A DNA stretch of 64,000 bases from Verrucomicrobiota bacterium (GTDB lineage Bacteria; Verrucomicrobiota; Verrucomicrobiia; Verrucomicrobiales; Verrucomicrobiaceae). The stretch is taken from assembly GCA_009885695.1 (NCBI GenBank), contig VFKE01000091.1, positions 1,289 through 65,288 of the forward strand, written 5' to 3'. This document shows positions 28,801-37,516 of this stretch, piece after piece. The notes beneath the pieces are model-generated. The model worked only from the letters and a program-made list of their open reading frames with translations, made no database searches and was not told the DNA's origin. The position numbers and the translations under genes are program-made. The stretch's first letter is position 1; every line of letters begins with the position of its first letter.

Positions 28801-31800
28801 CACGCAACTGCTCGCGCTCTGTAGTTTCAAGTCCTGGCGCATTTTCAATTGCCGATAGCACCCCGGATGCGCGACTGGATCCTGGCTTGCATTCGTCCAG
28901 CAGCGGCCATGGCATTCTTTCCACTGCCGTCGTTGCTTCCTCAGGCGGAGCAGCGCCCCGCAATAACTTCGTGAGCGTCTCAACGGCTTTCGCCTTTTCT
29001 CCGAGATTTATTTCCATCAAGGCCAGTCGCAGGAGATTGCGCGACTCCCAGGGCCGCACCTGGGCGATCTGCGCGAACACCCGGCGCGCAGCATCCTCCT
29101 GCGCGGTGTCAGTATAATATTTTGCCAGCTCTTCGAGCGCTGCGAAATCCTGGGAGAACCGCGACTCCAGCCGCCGCCGCACCTGATCCGCTTCAGTCGT
29201 GCGAAAATCCTGTTCCAGCAGTTGCACCAGTTCGCGCCACTCTCCCGCGGACTCCTTCGCCGCGGCACCCGCTGCAATCTGTTTTTGGAAGTAGATCGCG
29301 CTCTTCATATCGCCCACCCGCAACGCGGAACCGCGCAACTGGTCGAGCGAAAACGGCGTGTCCGGCGCAGTGTAGTAGGCCTGTTTCATTTCAGCGAATG
29401 CCTTGGCGGCATCACCCTGGCGCTCGTAAATCTGCGCCAGTGCCTCGTGCCAATAGCCATCGAAGGGATGTCTCTGCGCCCGCTCCTTGAACGCCGCCGC
29501 CGCCAGATCAAGCCGCGTCTTGCGTTCTTCATCAGTGGTCTCACCCTGGCGGGAGTCAGCCCACATCAACTGTTCGATCGCGCGTTGGAATTTTTCCCGG
29601 CGCCTTTTAATGTCCGGCTCAACGTCCAGCAACCGCGTCTGGGCGGCGATGAACTCCGCGAACTTCCTCTGGGCGATCAGCGCCTCGGCCAGGCGTTCCA
29701 GCAGCGGCACGACATTGCCTCTGGCCTCGCGCACCGCCCTGTCCCAGAGCGCTATCACATCCTCGCGCCGGCCTTCGACCATGAAACACTGCGCCAGCGC
29801 GGAAAGCACGGCCTCGTTCTGCGGATCTTCCCTGGCCAATGCTTCGAGAATCCGCCGGGCTTCATTCAGCCCCGGATGGCTCGCACCATCGCCGCGCGCG
29901 ATCTCTTGCTCGGCCAGACGGAGTTGATAACCGGTGCGGCCTGCGGCATCACTCTGTGAAAGCAGGCGGAGTTGCCGCACCGCCAGCAGCGAGTTTTTCT
30001 CTGCCAGCGCAATATCGAGCCAGAGCTTTTGGGCTTCGAGCGGCGCACCAAGGCCCAGCTGGTTCAAAAGTTCGGAGGCTAGTTCAATCTGATCAGCCCT
30101 GAAACACCACCACGACGCGCGCACGATGCGTTCGGTCGTAGCCTGCGGCAGCCGGCTGGAAACAAGAGAAGCATTGTTCTCCACAACCTGTCGGATGAAT
30201 TCCGGCCACTCGCACATCAACCAAGAACCAAGAACCAAGAACCTCGAACGCTGCATCGCCCCCGCCTGTATCAGCGCATGGTCTCTCACGGCATCCGCCA
30301 CCGTCTTTCGCTTGCCGGACGCGGGTGCATCACTTCCTAAACCGTCACCGTTGAAAATCGCAGGCAGCTTGAATTCGGTGCTTGGAGTCTCGGGTGCGGA
30401 GGGCTTCGTCATCGAATCACCGGAGAGCAGCGCGAGGATGCGTTCATCGACGTCCGTGCGCTTTTCGGCGCTGTCACTCAGGCTCCACGCCCGCTCCAGC
30501 AACGGCAGCGCGGACTCATCCGGACCATTTTGCGTGAGCACATCCGCGAGCCGGAGCAACTCGTCCCGGCCACCCTTCGACGCAGATAAGGCAGCGCGCG
30601 CCGCCCTTTCCGCTGCGCGCTGATCTCCGCCGCCCGCCAGGAACGCCGCCACTTGATTGATCCGGCTGCGACTGTCTCCCGTGGTGACGCTGGCATAACG
30701 ATCCAGCACGCGCTGCATCTCCTCTGCGCGCTGCCGCGAGCGGTAGAACGCCGCCAGATCCATCACCGGCTCCGCCTTGTCTGGTTCACGCTCTGCTCGC
30801 GCCCGCAAGATTTCTTCAGTCACCCCGTCGAGCGGTTTCTGGCGCGCGAAAGCCAGCACTTGTTTTTCAATGTCGGGATCGGCGTTCTGTGCGGTAAATT
30901 CCTTCAGCCTTTGAGCAGCCTTTGCTTCATCGCCGCTGCGCAGGTCGGCCAGGCAGCGCATCAGCAACAGCGCGGGCGGATCCGATCCGTCATTCTTTAA
31001 GTGCTCGTCCAGAAGCACTCCAGCCTCCTGCCAGCCCTCGTGGTCGATCAGGATGCCCGCCAGTTGCCAGCGATAATCCATCGCCTCCGGAAAATGCTTC
31101 ACCAGCTCGCGCAGCCACTTGATGCACTCATCCGCTTCCACGGTCAGTTCCGTGAACTGCGCGAGGTCGGCCAGCGCTTTCTCCTGCGGCGGGTCACCGG
31201 CGGCATTGAGCAGTTCGCTTTTCAAAACATCGAGCTGGCCGAAACGCTCATGCAGTTTCACCAGCCGCAGGAAGAAGTGACGGTAACGGTAGTCGCGGAA
31301 ATGCAGCAGCGTCAGCCCCTCCCGCAAAGCGACTCCAGCCTCCTGAAAATGATCAAGCTTCTCCTCGATGCGCGAGAGATCATGGAGCGCGTCAAGCTTC
31401 TTTGCCGCGTCGCGCGATTTCGCCAGACCCCGATAAAGCGTCAGCGACTCGTCGAGAAAACCGGAGACCAGCAGCAGTTGCGCGACCTCCCGCATCAGCG
31501 CCGCGTTGTCCGGCTGGAGTTTGATCGCCCTCAGCCAAGCCGCGGCCGCATCGGCGGGGTTGTCGCCCTTGAGCGCAAGTCTGCCTTCTTCCAGCAAAAG
31601 CGGTGCCAGTTGCGGATCGCTTTCAGGCATGGTGGCGGCCAGCCGTTTCAAGTAGCCGAGCGCCGCCCCGCGCTTTGAATTCTCCGTCGCCAGATCAATC
31701 AGCGCGCGCAAGGCGATCGCATTCTTATCCTCGCTGCCAAGGATGGATTCATAGAGCGCCTGAGCTTCGTCGTCGCGGCCCGCCTTGCGCAGCAGATGCG

Positions 31801-32074
31801 CCTGCACCAGTGAGATGTTTGGATGCGGCTGTGCCTTGGCCTGGGCGGAGATCGAATCCAGCAGCAAGCGGGTGGACTGGTGTTTCTCGTAAAGTTGCCA
31901 GAGCAATTCCAGCACCCGCCCGTATTCCGGTTTCTCCACCAGCAGGCTCAAATATTCGGACGCCAGCCGGGTGTCCTTTTCCAGCCACTGGTGTGGTTCA
32001 GAAGCGTGCAGCGGAGCAATGCCCAGCAGCCAGCCGAGGCTGATGGCCTGCATCCACGCAAACGAGATCTTCAT
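25865..32074 (-). CDS. giant secreted TPR/alpha-solenoid repeat protein (2069 aa)
   Basis: Signal peptide MKISFAWMQAISLGWLLGIAPLHAS. Uninterrupted 6.2-kb ORF with recurrent TPR-like A/L/Y/E/R-rich 34-residue helical repeats. Confidence 0.85.
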   Translation of the reverse strand: MKISFAWMQAISLGWLLGIAPLHASEPHQWLEKDTRLASEYLSLLVEKPEYGRVLELLWQLYEKHQSTRLLLDSISAQAKAQPHPNISLVQAHLLRKAGRDDEAQALYESILGSEDKNAIALRALIDLATENSKRGAALGYLKRLAATMPESDPQLAPLLLEEGRLALKGDNPADAAAAWLRAIKLQPDNAALMREVAQLLLVSGFLDESLTLYRGLAKSRDAAKKLDALHDLSRIEEKLDHFQEAGVALREGLTLLHFRDYRYRHFFLRLVKLHERFGQLDVLKSELLNAAGDPPQEKALADLAQFTELTVEADECIKWLRELVKHFPEAMDYRWQLAGILIDHEGWQEAGVLLDEHLKNDGSDPPALLLMRCLADLRSGDEAKAAQRLKEFTAQNADPDIEKQVLAFARQKPLDGVTEEILRARAEREPDKAEPVMDLAAFYRSRQRAEEMQRVLDRYASVTTGDSRSRINQVAAFLAGGGDQRAAERAARAALSASKGGRDELLRLADVLTQNGPDESALPLLERAWSLSDSAEKRTDVDERILALLSGDSMTKPSAPETPSTEFKLPAIFNGDGLGSDAPASGKRKTVADAVRDHALIQAGAMQRSRFLVLGSWLMCEWPEFIRQVVENNASLVSSRLPQATTERIVRASWWCFRADQIELASELLNQLGLGAPLEAQKLWLDIALAEKNSLLAVRQLRLLSQSDAAGRTGYQLRLAEQEIARGDGASHPGLNEARRILEALAREDPQNEAVLSALAQCFMVEGRREDVIALWDRAVREARGNVVPLLERLAEALIAQRKFAEFIAAQTRLLDVEPDIKRRREKFQRAIEQLMWADSRQGETTDEERKTRLDLAAAAFKERAQRHPFDGYWHEALAQIYERQGDAAKAFAEMKQAYYTAPDTPFSLDQLRGSALRVGDMKSAIYFQKQIAAGAAAKESAGEWRELVQLLEQDFRTTEADQVRRRLESRFSQDFAALEELAKYYTDTAQEDAARRVFAQIAQVRPWESRNLLRLALMEINLGEKAKAVETLTKLLRGAAPPEEATTAVERMPWPLLDECKPGSSRASGVLSAIENAPGLETTEREQLRVFFSLPRDEMAEIPHEPGHVRLRAIEELARLGGWRPDLHGFSQMEQAWWFFHSGAGAEFRALIVQRFPNDNSGAPITQEARFLYLWFLVRSHGMADAVVWVRSEGLREELRRTRNNLLIAVVNVLAESGGFEFSRTDLETLGASNLFSSTELIDVARKLEGRRKHDDALVLGEAALRQMSQPGEVLLYSLANIAASAGRVDDQRRYLEELWRLPMGSATPKGFTSTGPGGIRHDPEQELLWYYERLGRSIEAAPPQPADAFCTGLEGLLDLARTPVEREDLVMESWRRLQQLTPSGQKALREARVLGLAGAEEAGATRLADYFNGGFVTARSFLEPMLGRIPPGMQAPGPRIDEVNHMRGYWDELREWGAALAQNGLTGMAGVADASIAQLHGGVPLGPTTNSEFNAWRVHSLLRRLRGADFPERQRMIRVHLESDDSVDMLVDLGNQLEAQGYARECIEIYKRLTARAPSNGEYAKIFLLACEVSWDVAPALPYLEHIFDPNVDPVFKPLTINLEDMRDDHAKFIAMHHGENTLRQLAFRDGPAVKVGRIPEQVPYLKEFALLLERKGDSAGALAAWEQLSSRWPEDEVAALHRAQFLAAQGNRERALDALRKIPTTNIWNETTRKRLELRARLVAEMGHWNEMRELMNLATTTTVPGTVAACPVHAGLVIALSRVLSEHQRDTDAQSLLVRGERSVKDDSDRFRLRLEQLKLASREPSWDPRREAARIAAMLRLETGDEIALKELRDWVSSEVQTGRADAWFALLNESPSRASVTLALAATGRANKAAAAHFAKDKLKTGTALRLAAETLLDRAQPALALQLVEPVSPLAVRVLGALNDEIGLREIFARVVRMSFPGGRESVEYAEAFAACGRQGLAEELYGLALGRLHATARMFPELVKSYAAHLIKLHRLEEAETMLLREHQGVTRGLAEILVDLYRGWNRLDRIGVELAKFRLPGGVAEEVKYLVAQETKQQK

Positions 32075-32102
32075 GACCGGGAGAATACGCTTAATTCACG
32101 GA

Positions 32103-32357
32103 TTATGCACCAACGGCATGGCGACTCTTCAAGCGGATCCATCCGGTGCTCGTCAGGGCACCGGCAGGCACCAGGTAATGGATGTGCGGATGATAGCGCA
32201 AGTCCCTTGTCCAGGTTTGCAGCACGCCCGTCATGCCTATCTGACCGCCGAGATGCCGGGGAGCAGCGGCGAAGGTGTGCAGCGCGGCGGCGCTCACGCG
32301 AAAGAACATGCGCGCAATGTGTTCCTTCGTGTACTCTTGGTGTATTACGTCAAGATT
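32103..32357 (-). pseudogene. remnant of an IS91-family (Y2 HUH, rolling-circle) transposase
   Basis: The translated fragment ...GQIGMTGVLQTWTRDLRYHPHIHYLVPAGAL... matches the conserved LHTWgq.L..HPHiHclVPgGgL block of IS91/ISCR transposases. It is only about 85 codons, bounded by stops, with no N-terminal Zn-finger or C-terminal Tyr region. Confidence 0.6.
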
Positions 32358-32573
32358 TTATGCCATCGGCATCGCAGCGTAGTAGCCGGAGGGTTGAGCG
32401 TGCGCCACCCCCGGTTACGAATGGCCATTTCCCGCATTCCGGAGGGATGCAAGCCATTGGCGGATTCGGGCAATTCATTCGCATCCACGCCGACTTCGAC
32501 CCCTGGCGGGGTCGGTTCAATTTTTTGCTTTTCCGGGGGTGTTCGCTGGTTTCTCGCTCGACCCCCGGCTAGA

Positions 32574-32713
32574 GCGGTTTAAATAATTTCGCAGCCGCGT
32601 GCGTGTTGCGCAGCCGCGAAGCTAAAACGCGGGAAATAGGCATGCTTCGTTGGCTGCCGTGGCTGCTTCCCGCACTCTTACGAGATGCGGCTACGTCTTT
32701 TTTAAAAATGCTC
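32574..32713 (-). repeat. dispersed intergenic repeat element, copy C (inverted, lacks the middle module)
   Basis: The reverse complement matches the ends of copies A and B: GAGCATTTTTAAAAAAGACGTAGCCGCATCTCGTAAGAGTGCGGGAAGCAGCCACGGCAGCCAACGAAG...GCGAAATTATTTAAACCGC. Confidence 0.8.
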
Positions 32714-32793
32714 CAAGTGACGGAATCGTCACTTAGCCCGTCTTGGCTCAGACTTCACCCAATGAGATAGGAGCGACTGCCACAGTCCCCTGA

Positions 32794-34449
32794 ATGATCA
32801 AGCCATGCAAACTCAAGCCACCAGTCCCGCGCCATTACGCGGGCTGCTTGCTTGTGCATCGATGCTGCAACATCGCCAGTCTGGCGCTCTTGTGTTTGTG
32901 CCTCTTGCAGGTGATGGCAACTTCAGCGGCATCAAGTGAAGTGCCACCGCCGGCTTCATCCCCAAGCTATTATTTGCGGGAGTATCGGGTGCTTGGGTCC
33001 AAGCATTTAAAGCCGGTCGAAGTTGAAAAAGCGGTCTATCCCTTTCTCGGACCGGAACGCACACAAGATGACATCGAGCAAGCCCGCGCCGCGCTGGAGA
33101 AAGCTTATCGTGACGCGGGCTATCAAACGGTGAGTGTTCAGGTGGTCGCACCGCCGACGGGCCGTGGCATTGTGGTGCTCCAAGTGGTCGAAGCTCCGAT
33201 CGGGCGACTCCGCGTCCGTGGTTCCCGTTATTATCTGCCCAGCGACATTAAGAAAAAAGCCGGCTCCATGAAGGAGGGCGGGGTGCCCAACTTCACTGAC
33301 GTGACGCGCGATGTCGTGGCACTCAACAAGCTGGCGGATCTGCGGGTGACTCCAGCCCTGCAGCCGGGCGTGGAACCCGGAACCGTGGACATTGACCTGA
33401 ATGTCAAAGACACCCTGCCGCTGCACGGCGCCTTGGAACTGAACAACCGCTACAGTGCAGACACCACGCCGCTCCGGCTCAACGGCTCGATCAGTTACAG
33501 CAACCTCTGGCAGTTGGGACACACGATCAATGCCAGCTTCCAGGTGGCGCCGGAACGGCCGGCGGATGCCACGGTCTATTCAGCATATTACTTCATGCCC
33601 TTTCCCGGCGTGGAGAACCTGAGCCTGATGTTTCAGGGAACCATTCAGGACAGCAACGTCTCCACCCTCGGCGGCGCGGCAGTGGCCGGTAAAGGCCAGG
33701 TGCTGGGAGTGCGCGCGGTATTCACGCTGCCGCAACGCGAGAACTTCTTTCATTCGCTTAGTCTTGGCTGGGATTACAAGCACTTCGACGAGGACGTCAC
33801 GCTGGGCGACGAGGTCACCTCCGCGCCGATTGACTACTATCCGTTCACCGTGGGCTATGGCGCGGGCTGGACAGGCAAAAAGACCTTCACCGAACTCAAC
33901 GCCTCGATGAACTGGAATGTGCGCGGCGTGGGAAGCGATACTGCGAATTTTGACTACAAGCGTTTCAACGCGGACGGCAGTTATCTCTATTTCCGGGGAG
34001 ACCTGTCGCATACCCACGATCTGCCCGGCGGATTTCAGGCTTTCGTCAAGGTGCAGGGCCAGGCCTCAAGCGCTCCCTTGATCAACAGCGAACAGTACGC
34101 CGGCGGGGGCCTGAGCACCGTGCGGGGCTACCTCGAAGCCACGGCCCTGGGTGACCATGGCATCTTCGGCACCGTGGAGTTGCGCAGTCCTTCGCTGCTC
34201 CAGAAGCTCGACAACAAGGAAAACGAATGGCGCGTGTATGCCTTCTACGACGGAGGCCGCCTGACGCTGAGCGATCCCCTGCCCGAGCAGATCGACAACT
34301 ACACGCTGCAAAGCATCGGGTTTGGAACGCGTCTGAAGCTGATGAACCACATCAATGCCTCGCTCGATGCAGGCATGCCGCTCGACAAACAGGCCAATGC
34401 AGAATTGGACCAGTTCTTCCTCACCTTCCGCGTCCAAGCAGAATTCTAG
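32794..34449 (+). CDS. TpsB outer-membrane transporter (ShlB/FhaC/HecB family, Omp85 superfamily)
   Basis: Signal peptide, then POTRA region YYLREYRVLGSKHLKPVEVEKAVYPFLG...IEQARAALEKAYRDAGYQTVSV...GIVVLQVVEAPIGRLRV.GSRYY. The beta-barrel region contains GGLSTVRGY and ends in a terminal F. Confidence 0.85.
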   Translation: MIKPCKLKPPVPRHYAGCLLVHRCCNIASLALLCLCLLQVMATSAASSEVPPPASSPSYYLREYRVLGSKHLKPVEVEKAVYPFLGPERTQDDIEQARAALEKAYRDAGYQTVSVQVVAPPTGRGIVVLQVVEAPIGRLRVRGSRYYLPSDIKKKAGSMKEGGVPNFTDVTRDVVALNKLADLRVTPALQPGVEPGTVDIDLNVKDTLPLHGALELNNRYSADTTPLRLNGSISYSNLWQLGHTINASFQVAPERPADATVYSAYYFMPFPGVENLSLMFQGTIQDSNVSTLGGAAVAGKGQVLGVRAVFTLPQRENFFHSLSLGWDYKHFDEDVTLGDEVTSAPIDYYPFTVGYGAGWTGKKTFTELNASMNWNVRGVGSDTANFDYKRFNADGSYLYFRGDLSHTHDLPGGFQAFVKVQGQASSAPLINSEQYAGGGLSTVRGYLEATALGDHGIFGTVELRSPSLLQKLDNKENEWRVYAFYDGGRLTLSDPLPEQIDNYTLQSIGFGTRLKLMNHINASLDAGMPLDKQANAELDQFFLTFRVQAEF

Positions 34450-34464
34450 TTCAATATTTTTCCA

Positions 34465-36336
34465 ATGATCAAACACCTGACACGATTCAAGTCCGGCCTC
34501 CTGGGCATCCTCTTCCTGGCGAGCATCGCCAGCCAGTCCGTTCACGCGGCCGAGGCTCCCTGGTGGGACAAGCAGTGGCCGCTGCGCAAGAATATCACCA
34601 TCGACACCTCTGACAAGGGCGTGGCCATCAGCGATGCCATTGGCGGCGCCGCGCTGCTGATCAAATTACACGACGGTACTTTTGATTTTGCCTCGGCCAA
34701 GGAGGACGGAAGCGACCTGCGATTCGTCGCTGATGACGGCAAAACCGTTCTCAAGCATCACATTGAGAAATGGGACACGCTTCTCAACGAAGGCTATGTC
34801 TGGGTCCGGGTGCCAGAAATCAAGCCCTCCGGTGCCACCGCCCTCTGGCTTTACTACGGCAATCAAGGTGAAGTTAAAAATGCCGGAGATGCGAAGGGAA
34901 CTTATGATGCGGACACCGCGCTGGTGTATCACTTTGCGGACATGGCCACCGTGGCTGCGGATTCCTCGGCCAGCGGCCTTGCGCTGCAAAACGCGATGCC
35001 TCCCGTGGCCGGTTCGCTGGCGGCGGGCGGCCAGCGCCTGCTGGGACAGACGGCTGTAACCATTCCCGAAGGGCCGGCGTCTGAGTGGCTGGCGGGATCG
35101 GCATTGACCTGGTCAGCATGGTTGAAGCCCGCAACGCTGGCACCGAATGCCGTGGTGTTCAGCCGGCGCGACGAAACGAATGCGCTGATTATCGGACTGG
35201 ACAGCGGCGTCCCGTTTGTCGAGTTCAACGGCAAGCGCTCCGCAAGCGGCGCGGCGGTAAGCGTCGGCGTCTGGCATCACCTGGCGTTGGTGGCCAAGGA
35301 AGGCAAGATGACAGTATTCCTCGATGGCGCGTCGTATGGCACGCTCGACGCGGCGTTGCCCGCGCTCAAAAGCCCTTCGCTCATCGGCAAGGACTCAGTG
35401 CCCGGCGCCGCCGGTTTTGTGGGTGAATTTGACGAACTGCAGGTGGCCCGAACCGCGCGTTCCGAAGGCTTCTTGAAACTCGCCGCAGTGAACCAGGGCA
35501 CGGGATCCAATGCGGCCAAGCTGGTCGTGCTGGGCAATGATGAAGCCTCGGGACACTCGGGCGGTGGCGAGATCATGAAGCATCTCTCGCTGTTCACGGA
35601 CATCTCGAAGAGCCTCACCTTTGACGGCTGGGTTGTGATCGTTCTCTGCGTCCTCCTGGCGGTGGTGGGCTGGGCCGTGGCCATCAAAAAGTTTCTATAC
35701 CTCAACAAGATCAGCAAGAGCAACGATGCCTTCCTCGAACGCTGGGAGAACGTCTCGTCCGATCTCACGGTTTTGGATATGGAAGATGAGAATACGATCA
35801 AGACGCTGGGCGGCACCGCGAGCGGCAAAGCGCAGAAAATGATGCGGCACTCGCCCTTGTATCATATTTATCACCTTGGCTCCGAGGAGGTGCAGAAGAG
35901 AGTGCAGAACGTCCGGCAGATCTCGCTGTCCTCGACACAGAAATTCACCAAAGGCCTGTCGGGCCGCTCCATCCAGGCGATCAAGGCCACGCTGCACGGC
36001 GGCATGGTGCGCGAAGTACAGAAGCTCAACGGCAACCTGGTATTCCTGACCATCGGGATCGCAGGCGGTCCTTATCTCGGACTGCTCGGCACTGTCATCG
36101 GGGTCATGATCACCTTCGCGGTCATCGCGAAATCCGGGCAGGTGGAGGTGAACTCCATCGCGCCCGGCATCGCGGGCGCGCTCCTGGCCACGGTCGCAGG
36201 CCTGGCGGTCGCGATCCCGGCGCTCTTCGCCTACAGCTATCTGGCCTCTCGCATCAAGGACGTGGTCAGCGGCATCGAGACGTTCATCGACGAGTTCATC
36301 GCCAAGATGGCCGAACACCACAAGGAATCCAACTGA
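34465..36336 (+). CDS. DUF2341 + LamG-like + MotA/TolQ/ExbB proton-channel fusion protein
   Basis: Signal peptide. DUF2341-like DLRFVADDGKTVLKHHIEKWDTLLNEGYVWVRVPEIKPSGATALWLYYGN. LamG/concanavalin-like block (WSAWLKP...VWHHLALV...VFLDG...FVGEFDELQVARTARS). C-terminal three-TM ExbB core (LGLLGTVIGVMITF...IAPGIAGALLATVAGLAVAIPALFAY). Confidence 0.8.
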   Translation: MIKHLTRFKSGLLGILFLASIASQSVHAAEAPWWDKQWPLRKNITIDTSDKGVAISDAIGGAALLIKLHDGTFDFASAKEDGSDLRFVADDGKTVLKHHIEKWDTLLNEGYVWVRVPEIKPSGATALWLYYGNQGEVKNAGDAKGTYDADTALVYHFADMATVAADSSASGLALQNAMPPVAGSLAAGGQRLLGQTAVTIPEGPASEWLAGSALTWSAWLKPATLAPNAVVFSRRDETNALIIGLDSGVPFVEFNGKRSASGAAVSVGVWHHLALVAKEGKMTVFLDGASYGTLDAALPALKSPSLIGKDSVPGAAGFVGEFDELQVARTARSEGFLKLAAVNQGTGSNAAKLVVLGNDEASGHSGGGEIMKHLSLFTDISKSLTFDGWVVIVLCVLLAVVGWAVAIKKFLYLNKISKSNDAFLERWENVSSDLTVLDMEDENTIKTLGGTASGKAQKMMRHSPLYHIYHLGSEEVQKRVQNVRQISLSSTQKFTKGLSGRSIQAIKATLHGGMVREVQKLNGNLVFLTIGIAGGPYLGLLGTVIGVMITFAVIAKSGQVEVNSIAPGIAGALLATVAGLAVAIPALFAYSYLASRIKDVVSGIETFIDEFIAKMAEHHKESN

Positions 36337-36338
36337 CC

Positions 36339-36746
36339 ATGCAGGCAGACAACAAGTCATACGACGACATCAACGTCACACCGATGGTGGATCTCTACCT
36401 GGTGCTGTTGTTGATCTTCATCATCATGACCACGGCCGGCGTCCAGGGCGTGAAGGTGAACCTGCCCAAGGCCAGTGCTGCGTCCGCCAAGAAGATGGAC
36501 GCGCCGAAGATCCAAGCGATCACCGTGGACAACCAGGGCACCATCAAGCTCAACGCCACGCAGGTATCCTCGCTGTCGGACCTGGAGCAGAAGCTGGCCG
36601 CCGTGAAAGCCTCGACCCCTGATTTCCCGGCAGTCGTGCGCGGCGACAGCCAGACCCAATACCAGGTCATCATGGATGTCCTCGATGTGCTCGGCCGTGT
36701 CGGCATCACGCAAGTCGGCCTGGCAACCAAGCCAGCCGGCAAATAA
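36339..36746 (+). CDS. exbD: ExbD/TolR-family biopolymer transport protein
   Basis: 135 aa. INVTPMVDLYLVLLLIFIIMT TM segment with the conserved Asp, then a periplasmic domain (VRGDSQTQYQVIMDVLDVL). It starts 2 nt after the ExbB-like stop. Confidence 0.85.
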   Translation: MQADNKSYDDINVTPMVDLYLVLLLIFIIMTTAGVQGVKVNLPKASAASAKKMDAPKIQAITVDNQGTIKLNATQVSSLSDLEQKLAAVKASTPDFPAVVRGDSQTQYQVIMDVLDVLGRVGITQVGLATKPAGK

Positions 36747-36775
36747 TATTTTACAACCCGCAACCCACTCAGGCC

Positions 36776-37498
36776 ATGAGCAAGCACCGCTACCCCGATG
36801 AGGAATTTGACGATGATACCATCTTCAAGAGGCATCGCTGGCTGCTGCCCCTGATCATAATCGTTGCCGTCGGCGGCATCGGTTATGCGGCTTCAAAGAT
36901 CAAAGTCGAACCCTCGGCTCCCCCGCGGCCGATGGAGCGGATGATGACAATCACTCTGCCTCCTCCGCCACCGATAGTGCAACCGCCGCCGCCGCCGAAA
37001 GTGGAGCCACCGCCGGAAGACAAGAAGGAGGAGATGCTCGAACAGGAGGAAGTGAAACCGGATGAAGTCAAAGAACCGGAACCCAAACCTTCGGATGACC
37101 CCCCGCCCATCGGCACCAACAACGTGGGCAGCGGACCTCCCGACGGGTTCGGACTCGGTGCCTACAAAGGCGGCGCCGGCGGCAGTGGCGGAGGCTCGGG
37201 TCGCAGCGGACGCGGCGGCAGCAAGTTCGGCTGGTATGCCGGACAAGTGCAGACCCGCATCGCCGACGCGCTGCGAAGCAACGGTCGCACCCGCAATGCG
37301 AGCCTCTCGCTGCAAGTTCGCATCTGGGCTGACAGCAGCGGGCGCATCACCCGCGCAAGTCTGGTGGGATCCAGCGGCGACAACTCAATGGACAGCGCCA
37401 TCGCCAACGAAATCCTCACGGGCTTGCAACTTCAAGAAGCGCCGCCAGCCGACATGCCGATGCCGATCAATCTGCGCATCACAGCCCGCAAATCCTAA
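36776..37498 (+). CDS. TonB-like energy transducer
   Basis: N-terminal TM anchor, Pro/Glu/Lys-rich spacer (PPPPPIVQPPPPPKVEPPPEDKKEE...), a Gly-rich segment, and a C-terminal TonB-type domain (FGWYAGQVQTRIADAL...VRIWADSSGRITRASLVGSSGD..MDSAI). Confidence 0.7.
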   Translation: MSKHRYPDEEFDDDTIFKRHRWLLPLIIIVAVGGIGYAASKIKVEPSAPPRPMERMMTITLPPPPPIVQPPPPPKVEPPPEDKKEEMLEQEEVKPDEVKEPEPKPSDDPPPIGTNNVGSGPPDGFGLGAYKGGAGGSGGGSGRSGRGGSKFGWYAGQVQTRIADALRSNGRTRNASLSLQVRIWADSSGRITRASLVGSSGDNSMDSAIANEILTGLQLQEAPPADMPMPINLRITARKS

Positions 37499-37516
37499 TC
37501 AATAATTTTTACTGCC

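Noticed and set aside
31971-32582. 203-aa and 249-aa + strand ORFs spanning the TPR gene start and the IS remnant
   Set aside because: They overlap the 5' end of the giant TPR gene antisense and run across the transposase fragment. Their composition is Arg/Gly/Ser-rich and not protein-like.
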